Shown here piece after piece: positions 13,189-23,270 of a stretch of DNA of 38,982 bases. Below the pieces are notes generated by a model. It did no database searches, was not told where the DNA came from, and was given only the letters and a program-made list of their open reading frames with translations. Positions within the stretch are counted from its first letter, which is position 1; the number at the start of each line of letters is the position of its first letter. The translations under genes and the position numbers were made by a program. Origin of the DNA: Circinaria calcarea (Eukaryota); the NCBI GenBank assembly GCA_051942165.1, contig JAVECS010000027.1:1-38982 (forward strand). The letters run 5' to 3'.

Positions 13189-14815
13189 TAGTAGATATCC
13201 CGTTATACACATTTAAATGCCTTTTAGAAAGTCGCACATGTTAATCAGGGAATTTCAAAGGCGCGGTGTCTTGTACGAGGCCCGGCGAGATATTAGCTCA
13301 TCATTAGCACGGGATTATTAAGTAGGTCCCGTGACAGGTCTGAGTATCATCCTCAAGTGCCTTCTTTAGCTTTCTTGGTTTGTTGTCCACTGAAGGAGCT
13401 AAATTTCTGATTACTTTACTCATAGAGTGATCGTTGGCATCGATCTTTCCCACAGAATTTGACCAGCTAATTATTGACCGTCTAGAGCATATATTGCGCG
13501 CGTCAGATAATAAACTGTATAGGTCCCGTATGAAGAGAAAGGCTAAGCTTGCTACTGTCTCGACGCTCCTCCTGCACCAAAGTCCAGCGGTACTGCTCGA
13601 GTGCTTCCTCCGATCAGGAATTGTGATGTACGGATTACCAAGAGCTGTATCAAGCACAGTTCTAAGTCTACTCGCTTGGAGTCACATTTTCATGTCCCCC
13701 CTTGAAACGAACCCTCCGCCCTCGCACGAACATACGCTTGACGAATGGCATTCTTCTCGGTTTCCTCACTGCGATTTAGCGCAGTCCACTTGGGTGCCTC
13801 TCTAAAGAGCCGCACCGCCTTGATATACTAGATCATACCATTTCATTAGCTGCTCAATCCTGATATTTTGCGAATACAAAGCGCAGAGAAGAAATTACTT
13901 ACACTTCCCTTGTCTACTGTAAACCGATGATAAAGAGTGTGGGAGGCGAGGATCCCCCTGCAGCGAGTAGTCAGTTAGGATCCTGAGGGATGAGTAGGAT
14001 GGGGCGTACGGATTGGCCGTCATGGTGATATATTTTCATGTTGGCAAGTCCGTCAAGTTCGAGGCGGTTGAAATAAATCGAGATCTACCTAGGTAGATGA
14101 CTCTAAGAATTTGTGATGAGAGATTGGTTCATGACATTGGCTCTTAGCATTCATCAGATTGGAAATAATTTTGGGAGAAAAGGGAATTTCCGAGAGCTTC
14201 CTTGTATTGAGATATAGTCTACCATTCTAAATCTTGGGTATTAAGCAGGTAGCCGTCGCTGTCTTACACCAACATGGTAGCTCAATCTGAACACCGTCTG
14301 GTCAAGTTACACATGAATTACTAGATCCTATCATGCTCAAAGAGCACTGCACCTAGGTCGAGACACAGCAGGGGGTAGCGGTTGAATTCAGTACCTATGG
14401 GTCCATGTTGCTCTCATAGATGGAATCAGCTAATTAGGTCTGGATGAGCTGTTGTACTAGGGAGAGGAACACCGTTATATTTAAGTCGTAAGATGCAGTT
14501 ACTAGTTCGATCTAAGCAATTCATTACCTGAAAAAGCTGCAACAAAGCGATTCAGATCCACCTGACAACGGAGAATAGAGAACACAGCATGAGATTGTCA
14601 TCATTTGCGTACCTACCGCCAAACACCTTTCTCTATTACTTTGAGAGCTACACGTTTTAGCGTTCACACTGTTCATTCTTTTTATAGACCTTGACTGCAT
14701 TAGACAGTATCGTTTCCATTCGCTGTTATATTAGTAATAAATCCTAAGAAAAGTTCTAAACAACCAGCAAACTCCTATACAAAAAGGAAAGGGGAGCGTA
14801 CTGCTTTTCCACCCC

Positions 14816-15448
14816 TTACCTTATCCGCCGATACCAGTCTTGGCCACTAGTATCGCAGATATCTCTCGTCGTCCTCTTTGTCTGAACGCCACTACTGCTG
14901 TATGGATCCCCGTAGTACCTTGAGAGCTCCCGGTCATCCCGATATGAGTCCTCCGCTCTCCTTGAGCTTTCCCTGTCGCGTCCGTAGGAAGAATCCAGCG
15001 GCTCGGTGAGCAAGCTAATTCTGTCCCCTGGATATCTGCCGCTAGAGGAAGAGGAGCGGTAATCGGATCGTGGGACCGCGGTGGATGCTTCTCGGCCGCC
15101 GCCGTAGATGGGGAGGGAGCGGTATGAACTTTCGAAGGGGTCTTTGTCTCGGGCGTTCCGCGTTGCTCTCCGCTTCTTGGGCTTGGAGGTGGAGGGAGCG
15201 TAGGGGTCTTCTCGTGTGGTGCCACTCATGCTATAGAGGTCTCTATGGTTGCTGGTGGGGCCGTAGAGATCCATGGCGTAGAGCTCCTGGTTTTGATAGC
15301 TGGAGCTGCGGGAGTAGGGATCTTGGGAGCTGCGACCGTACTCGTCTCGGTGACTGCTGGTGTGTCTGGAGCTGTGCGTATAGTCGGGTGAGAGGGCTTC
15401 TGACTCTGGGTATCTGCTTGTTCTCGTTGAGCTGCGGTGGCGAGGCAT
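14816..15448 (-). CDS. Hypothetical low-complexity Ser/Arg/Tyr/Asp-rich protein (~210 aa)
   Basis: Open frame from ATG 15448 (MPRHRSSTRTSRYP...) with recurring DPY/DLY/DSY motifs and a basic KPKKRR patch. The stop overlaps a gtaagg donor-like site, so the 3' end may be spliced. Confidence 0.6.
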   Translation of the reverse strand: MPRHRSSTRTSRYPESEALSPDYTHSSRHTSSHRDEYGRSSQDPYSRSSSYQNQELYAMDLYGPTSNHRDLYSMSGTTREDPYAPSTSKPKKRRATRNARDKDPFESSYRSLPIYGGGREASTAVPRSDYRSSSSSGRYPGDRISLLTEPLDSSYGRDRESSRRAEDSYRDDRELSRYYGDPYSSSGVQTKRTTRDICDTSGQDWYRRIR

Positions 15449-16119
15449 CTTGGACGTCTCTGAAGCTGAATATATGAGATTGAGTGATAGTAGACGGATC
15501 AAAGTCTACGAAAAGGAAGTTCTGCTAGCTCGGTTGGTTTTTGGTTATGGTTGATGGAGTTCTGGGACTTGGTAAGGAAAGGGAGAAACATGTGGAGGCC
15601 TAGTATGAACTTTTATACATCGAGGGAAAGCGATGAACGAAGATGAATGGCATTGTCCAGTGACAAGAAAGGAAACTTCAACAAAGCGAGGTTCGCAGCC
15701 GACAATAGTATTGTATTGTTCGAGAGAAAGCAGAGAACAAAGATGAATGCCATTGTCCAACGCATAGAATGAAAAGCAAATGCCATCGAATCGGAGAAGC
15801 CAGTTGGCATTGCACAATCTCAATGGTAGGAAAGTAATGAGGTAATGAACCAGAAAGAATAATATCAATATAGCCATTTTAGTAACGCTTCAGCCTCTTC
15901 AGTCCGAAGGCTAGAAGTGTAAAGCGAGACCATTGGAGAACGCAGCCCACTGTTCTAAGCCTGCTATGCTGCAAAATTACACGAAGCAAGATCGTGATAG
16001 ATACCTATCTATAGTACCGGAACGTGAAGGAAGGGGTCTGTTTCCTGTGCCAGAGGCTGAAAGTAGGGGAAGGAAATCGGTGAAGTTTGAACAGGAGCTG
16101 CAGAGAGTTAAAGCGAAAT

Positions 16120-16910
16120 TAACGCGCTACCATAGAATACCCGCGCGGCTCGTACTGCTGCTCTTCCAGATCGCGTGTCGAGAGACAACTCCGGCATCCT
16201 AGAAAGGTATACGTCCCCACTAGCAGGTTGCGGCGCCTCTGATAGCTTGGGATTTCGAACATCTTGCCCCTCGATTGAATCTCTCCACTTGGCGGAAGAC
16301 TCGGGTGAAGTCTTGGAAGGCGTAGTATGGGGCGAGGACCCAACGGCAGCCTCAAAGATGGTATCTAAGAATCTACATCTTGGTGTAACAGTTAGTTATA
16401 CAAGGTTTCATAGGCTACCTACTATCTTCAACTCTCATTTCTTATCTCTCGTCCCCAAACATTGTTGAGTATGTCTTCGACGCAAAAAGAGATCCCTCAT
16501 CGTCAAGACGTAGGAACCGATATTGGACACCATCACTTACAACACCGTAAACCGTGCTCACCAACTTGTGGTTCGTTTGTGGTCCTGTTGTACACCTGCT
16601 AGGTACATTGCCCCTTGAATGGATTCTTTGAAAGAACTAGATTTAACCTGGCGGAATGCTCCACGTTGACTTGACAAAGTACTGAAAGACTTATAGTATA
16701 TGCCTAATCACTGCATAGAAGTCGTCCTAATTTTTGTTGCCACTTTATTGCCCCAAATTTCTTCCTTGACGACCTTGACCTCGCTCTTAATGTAATCGTT
16801 TCTTGCTGATCTGCTCTTTTCGAATGCACCATATAGTCCACGCCGGGAACTCCGCTAATTACGTCCTTCAAACCAACAGGGACCCGTGCTTGTGCAGACA
16901 AAAACAACTC
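16120..16910 (-). pseudogene. Degraded fungal PD-(D/E)XK restriction-endonuclease-like (Crinkler-associated type) gene
   Basis: Fragments in different frames: VISG..VDYMV (~16830-16865), MYLAGVQ (from 16608), STVYGVVSDGVQYRFLRLDDEGSLFASKTY (16558-16470, then a stop). After an intron-like gtaggt..ctaac..ag comes RFLDTIFEAAVGSSPHTTPSK (~16375-16312). The motif order matches my recollection of this family. Frameshift between 16608 and 16558 plus in-frame stops. Confidence 0.6.
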
Positions 16911-17149
16911 AGTCCTTCGAATTCGTTGTTTTTTCTTTAATAAGAGGCATATCGGTCCTCGATGCTCCTCTCCATGTGTTCAGTCCTTCGAACAGATCAC
17001 TACTCTCTGATGCGGGCAGGTTCCATAATTCGGTGATTAGGGCATCCTAACCTCGGACACCACTAGATGAGAGATTTATAGTTTATGCCTAGTCACTGCA
17101 TAAGATTCTTCCAAATTTGTGTCACCGATTCAATGCCCTAAAGTTCTTC
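16684..17149. repeat. Diverged ~80-bp direct repeat (16684-16764 and 17068-17149)
   Basis: agacttatagtatatgcctaatcactgcata..ttgccccaaatttcttc vs agatttatagtttatgcctagtcactgcata..atgccctaaagttcttc. Confidence 0.75.
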
Positions 17150-17876
17150 AATAGAGTATTATTCTATTGCGGAACCCGCTCTAAATCACCTGCACCTTCC
17201 CTGCTGCCGGAAACTTAGTTTCCCCGCCCCGGACTCGGACTCCCGCTTCCGAAGACTACATACCCCCTCAACTTTCAAGCGCCCTCCCTTCTTATTATAA
17301 AACCCGAAAGAGCCCCCCCCTGTCATGAGCCGACCGATTACTCACTCACAAGCATCACACTACCCATATCCTGCATTTCCTTCTCCTCCCACCCGACCTC
17401 CTACTTCCTCGACACACCCGTGTCTCACACTCTCTCGTTTCTAGCTCTCCATGGAGCGCCCACCCCTACAAATTCTATGCTGAAGGGATAAGCCCGTATC
17501 CAAGCGTTGATTGAGTGCGCGTAAAAGCCTTGGCTTGGGGAGAAAAGACGCGAGACTGGAAATATGCGGAAGGGAGTGATTTGGACCGCGGGGAGAAAAC
17601 ATCAATACTGTAACGTGGGTGCTGGGAGTTTTTGGCTTAGTAGGACGGAGAACTACAGCGGGCAAGTGTTCTGTTTGGGTGTTTGGACGTGCAAGGTGAT
17701 TCGATTGTATAGTGTAGCTTGTGTTTTGGAGAATAATCCCTTGTAGCTATTGTACCTCAAGAATGCCTTGCCCTAGTATATGGAGTCCCGAAATTCCCGG
17801 TGTATCCCTTAATGTAGTATGCTGATAATGTATAGTAGAATAAATGCTTTTCCCTCTATGCCCACCAGGTAACTTA

Positions 17877-18429
17877 CTAATTGAAAGTCCAGACCACCGT
17901 CCCAGGTACATGATTCGGATTAGCATCAGGAGCTAGGGCCTTCAATCCGGCAGTGGTGAGTAAAATGTCGTTTTCTACACTAGTGACGTTGCCAACGATG
18001 AGTGCAGAGATGGTTTTGCCGGTGCCTGAACCAAAAGGTCAATCATCTGTGGATGGGAATAAAGATTGGAGGCTCACAAGCATTCGTAATGTTGACGGTT
18101 CCACCACATGGGGATTCACTGGGAAGGAAGTCAGGATAGACATCATTGATAAGCGTCGAACTGATGAGCACCACTTACTCGGGAGGGTCATAAAACTTCG
18201 CTGGTATACTAACGGCAATGGTACGAGATGTAACCTTTATCTCACAACGATTTGGGTTTGGTTTGGTATATAGCGAGACTAGAATGGTACAGAGACTTCT
18301 TAGCACCGAAGCAGCAAGGCAGAGTGAAGACCCACGAGATCCCACAAAGGTTCCAGGGTGAGGGCATCGAGTGCAGGTTTCGGCAGCAGCAATTACTGCG
18401 GCTAGGTAGAAATGGTGTAAAAAATACAT
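17877..18429 (-). CDS. Small secreted RlpA-like double-psi beta-barrel (expansin/loosenin-like) protein, 127 aa, 4 exons
   Basis: Exons 18429-18336, 18278-18179, 18118-18078, 18025-17877; three GT-AG introns (57, 60, 52 nt) with consistent phases. Product MYFLHHFYLAAVIAAAETCTRCPHPGTFVGSLSLYTKPNPNRCEIKVTSRTIAVSIPAKFYDPPDESPCGGTVNITNACTGKTISALIVGNVTSVENDILLTTAGLKALAPDANPNHVPGTVVWTFN. It follows the DPBB pattern (G..T.Y, AVS, CG..V.IT, GKT..A.IV, D..L...A..AL, V.W.F). Confidence 0.75.
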
Positions 18430-19737
18430 CTCAAGTGTACTGGTTGGCCGCAGATTGAGGAGATGGAATGCAAGCGGTATTTATGACGAGGACGCTATGA
18501 TACGTATACCGCTGATATAATGTCCGTCATCGTACCTTGACATTGATTAGCCGTCGTCGTAAAGCCGTGCTCGGAGAAGCTCCGGTGTTCTCGTTACTGA
18601 ACCCATATACCCAATAATAGAGATCTGTGGGCCGGATGAGAAGAAAATACCGCCGTTAGTCTAATACTGTAGCAGTGAAACTCCAGGCAGTATTCGTGCA
18701 GCATAAATCTGACAGTGGTCATATTAGAGACCTCGCAGAAGCGGGTCAATGAACATAGCACTATGTCGATTCCACATGCTTGTTACCTAAACCACCGCAG
18801 TGGTTATGACATTCACAGGTAGTTGGCCACGGTAGAAGCTGACTGAATAGCCTTTCCGATATGTCTTACTATATCTGCCCACACCTGCTGCACGCTCGCT
18901 ATATGAATAGCTTGTAGCTCGGTTAGAAGCCCTCCAGTCGGAGGAAACACGCTGAAACAGGAATGACACTTAAGCGGGAGGAAGCGGACCATGAGATGAC
19001 CACAGTATGGAGATTATATCGAAACAGGGAATATGATCTATACCTTGGCAGTAGCCTACCCACATAATGGATCTAATGTGAACGCCGTACATACGCCATT
19101 GAGGCTTGAACAACGCCCAATTGGTTATGCCAGCCGTTTTGGATAAGCACTTTATGATGCTAATGTGGTGCTTGGATGCACCACTGGTCGTATCCTGCTC
19201 AGTCAAAGCGAGGCACATAAGCGCTATGATATGAATGGCTTACAACGTTGCTTAGTGGTCGCATAAACCAGGACGGAACAATGGATATATGCGACAATGG
19301 CCTGACGAGTTTTATGAACCGAAGTTAGGGGGAGGGAAGATTCCTGAGTCTAGTAGACTATTTCTGATGTGATCGTTGTTGTATTTCTCTCCAAATGTTG
19401 TTTATCTTGATAGTATTGGATGTACGGATTCATTTGGCACAGAGTACTGTATGGATTAAATGCTCTGCTATTTGGCAACTTTCACACGACAGGGATATCT
19501 ATCAAGCTAGCTATTTGGGGCTAGTGCCACTCTAGAGATGGTCAAGACTCAGCGTCAGCGGAGGAGAACCTCCGTCCAGCATCAAAGAAGCACGAGAGCT
19601 AGGCCATGGTCATTGACCAGCAATCACTCGCATGCAATGCTGCGTGCATCTGCACAGGTGCTCTCAAATCAAGCAGTTAGCAATAATACAAGCGCAGTCC
19701 TCCCTTGCCGCTACATCAATGCTCGGATGCCCGTCAA

Positions 19738-22700
19738 TTAGAACACCTCCTCCACGTACCGCTCGCCGAGCATCTTCTTAATGTTTCCGCCTAGCAACTT
19801 TCCAAACATGCTGGCTGTGGCTTTTGCGGCTGCTGCGTTGGTACACACGAAAACCATCCCAGCCTGATCCAGGAGTTTAGATTTCAGATGCTGCACAACT
19901 CCATCGGTCTGGAGCTTGTCGTACACCCGGACCTTGCCTTCGTTGCTCGGAACTATACAGAGCATGTCCATCAGGCCCAACGCGGCTGCGTCATTGAGAA
20001 CATCCGTCGTCAGGGCTACATCGCCGGGCTGGAGACCGACGAAGAGTGAAATGCCTGACCCCCGCGAAGACAATGTCGGTCCTATTGCGAAGGCGTCTTG
20101 CGTGACAGCCATTCGTTGCTGCAGCAGACAGCGTACTGGTCCAAATCCAGCCCCAGTCGCTATGATGATGAGAGGTGCCAGTTGACCTCGACGTATTGTG
20201 TCTCCGCATATCGAGTCAACAATGCGGAATCTCAGCGACGCTGGCCTGGGCGAGTCATTCAGGAAGACATCACTGAAACGTCCGTCTTGACGCAGTTTGA
20301 CCATGATGTCCACTTTGTTGCCACTCGATTGTCTCTTGTGCTTGTGCCTTGGTCTGTTGGCCAGGAATTTGAGCGAGGAAGCCACAGAGTAGTTTCTCGT
20401 GTGTAGTAGAGGCATATCAAGACACATGTCTTGTTGGAGGTTCGTGTCGATTGCGAGGTGTGATAAAATATTCTCGTCGTGGAGACGTTCGAGAACGTCA
20501 AGGACGGATGAACCGCTCAATAATTCCTTGGTAAGTCCTTTTTCCGAGGTAGACTTTATCTTTTCCAGCCATTTCAGCTCCAGGAATGGGAGCTCAAGGT
20601 CTGCAAATTCTGTCAAGAATCGCGAAAACGTTGGATTTCCTTCATCTCGAGAAGACAGCAGTCTCAGCTTGGTTGAGCCTTGGACACAAAGTGCCGCAAG
20701 TGCCCTTCCAACCTTGGCTGGCGAATTCACTGGAAGAACCTGGATGCAGCTCATGTCATTATACGACTCGTTTCCTATGTTCATTGTGACAAGCTCAGTT
20801 CCCCGATGCTTCTTGTGCACTTTTGAGCTCGTGGTAATTAAGGTAGCCTCTTTGAAATTCGAGCGCAGCTCCTGGTCATGTCTCTTGTATCTTTCAATAC
20901 CTTCCGCTCTGGAAATCTCGCTGATGGTCTCATCAATGCTGCTGATTACCTTTGCGGTGTGTGATATGACCTTCTCTGGGTCAGGTGTGGCTGGACTGAA
21001 CAAGCTACCCTCTAATTTGTCCCACCAAGATTCTAATGCAGAGAAAGGCAGAGATTCTACCGCAGTGTCTGCTTGGAAGAGTCCGCCGGCTAATGGAATT
21101 CCTCCAATCTGTTTCATATGATTGAATATCTTGATGGCAGCACCGTTATAAGTTGATGAGTAGCGGCTATCTCCGTTGCCGAACACTGCGAACCTAAAAC
21201 CCTTGCGCTTATTTGGTCGTGGGCTCGTTATTAGCTTACTGCACATGTCTGGAAAACCAGACCCGTTGGACGGTATCTCTCCTTGCCCCGTGGAACTAAC
21301 CACCAGAAGAAGGATCTTGTTTGCCGTTATGTCAGAAGCCTCTAGAACGTCAAGTGGTTCAACTTGTGGCTTTAAGATACTATCGGAACCTTTGATCTGC
21401 GTACTGATTCGATCACGAAGCTTGATGGCTAGTTTCTTAGCGATTATCCCTGTACTGCAGAAATATATCGCTATGGATGTAGGTACATCCTTTGGTACGT
21501 AATCTTGTTCAATGACAGTCTTATGCGAATGTTCTTTGCTGGCAATTGGAGACTCTGTCAAAATCTGTATCTCCTTTATTTTGACATTTCCCATGGTGGA
21601 AATCCCTGACTCGATATTCATTGGTACCGGGTTATTGTAGCCATTTGGCCCACGGAATATCACCATGGCTCTAAAGGATCTTACGTCGCTAAACCAGCTG
21701 CGATTTCTTCTTCCCCAGGCTTTCAAAGGATCTTCCACGTGTCTGCATATCATAGGCTTGGGTTGGTAGCATGGAGCTCCCCCTCGGTGCCAAAGAGGAA
21801 TGATAGATCCTTGTGGCGGTGCCAGCCAGTAAGGATCAGCAGGAAGCCTGAAGCCTTTTTTCTTTTTGAAATCGTCGTCATATTGGCACCACTTCATCGA
21901 AGCCGTAAGTGAATCGGTCATGGTTACTTTAGCCTGAAGAAAAGACCAATGAACGGCGTAATTAAGTTCTACCTGAGCACGAGACTATGACGAAAACCCG
22001 AAAGGTTAGTCTAGCTGTTACCAGGGGATCAATGGTGTCTCATACGAGCAGCATAAGTCTCTGGTACTCTGGAATATCTTCCAAGTCCAGGACTGTGAAA
22101 TCCAATCTTCCGTCCGTCTGGCAAATCGCCTTCACGACATCCGGTAATACATTGTAACGAAATGTATCAGCTAGGTTACGGACTCCTATTTCGGCATCCA
22201 TAAACCTCGAAGATACGTTAGCAACATATATGCTAAGCTAATAAGTACTTACCAGCCTATGAAAGGTGCGGCCGTGTATTGTACACCTCCAATATCAAAC
22301 CCCAATCTTGCCAATGCCGGAAAGGCCACCCATTTTAGGTCCAATCTCTCGAACTCTGTGTGATATCGTGGATGGCGGATCTCGACTAGCTTGCAAAGGT
22401 CCAAAGGAAGCTCAGCTATCACGGGAAGGTCGCCCTCCGCCATTGTAACAATTGGGAGGAGGTCCCACCGGCTTCTTCTCTCAGGGGGCACCCATCCAAG
22501 GTTGATGATTTCTTTTGTCAGCTGAACGCTCGCCGGATCTCCGAGAATCGAGCCGTCTACTGCTTCATATCCTGCGAAAGCGAGGACTTGGTGGTTCAAG
22601 ATTATTGGTCCTGTGCTGTTGGCTGTGCGGGGTGGGAACACGAAGACTGTTGGCTGAATGTTACCATGATTGAAAGCCTTGGAAACACCTTTGATCAACT

Positions 22701-23270
22701 CCATTGCCATTTTTGCACTGGAAGAGACTGATCGGAGATCGCATAGTCTATTCGTGATCTCAATCAATACCGACCCGCACACACGTTGAGTCTCCGTTGT
22801 ACTCACTCCAACTCCTCGCAATGCGATCTCATGATACATTTCCTTGAGTTTCTCCATGCACGGCGAAATCCAAACTGCAGCTCTTGCGGCGTCTGTATCC
22901 AATTCCCGCCTACTTTGGCACGCAGCCCGTCCTCGCGTACGATAGCTTCGACAGCCCCAGCTCTGATTTCATCTCGCACATGCTTGAGCCGTTCCTCGAA
23001 CTTCTCGTCGCTGTCAAAGAACCGTTCGCGGTGTAGCTCTCGCAGGAACTCCTCCGCTTCTTGTTCGACGACATGAAGCGCCCGATTTTCCCCCACTCGA
23101 GGCTCATCTGTATGTACTGCTCTACCCGCCTGACAAAATTGCTTTGTACATCCAGTCGATGCAAGTGTTGCGTGGTTCTCCCGCACGCGTTGGAACTCGG
23201 TCGTCCAGATGGGACACCGAGCAGACTCGCTGTTAGTGGGGCCAGGCATGCTATTCTGATCTGTGGCCAT
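19738..23270 (-). CDS. nos: Nitric oxide synthase: NOS oxygenase + flavodoxin (FMN) + FAD/NAD(P)H reductase fusion, 1121 aa, 4 exons
   Basis: Exons 23270-22807, 22747-22253, 22205-22046, 21984-19738; introns 59, 47 and 61 nt, all GT-AG and in phase. Oxygenase motifs: ELQFGFRRAWRNSRKC (heme Cys145), NHGNIQPTVFVFP, NHQVLAFAGY..GDPA, WDLLP, PFIGWFMDAEIGVRNLADTFRYN, VELNYAVHWSF, PADPYWLAPP. Reductase motifs: YFCSTG, SSTGQGEIP, FGNGDSRY, RNYSVAS, ATGAGFGP, C-terminal RYVEEVF. Confidence 0.93.

Noticed and set aside
13304..13805. Overlapping 117- and 123-aa ORFs
   Set aside because: Non-ATG starts and no domain signal; cannot support a gene.
17860..17880. gttacctgg on the minus strand resembling the U1 snRNA 5' end
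   Set aside because: Does not match ATACTTACCTG, has no downstream U1 structure, and directly follows the DPBB stop codon.
19916..21502. Long + strand ORFs (up to 240 aa) within NOS
   Set aside because: Antisense shadows of the NOS reductase exon.
19738..21921. Stand-alone cytochrome P450 reductase-like gene
   Set aside because: Its N-terminus (TDSLTAS..PADPYWLAPP) is the end of the NOS oxygenase domain and splices in frame to the upstream exons.
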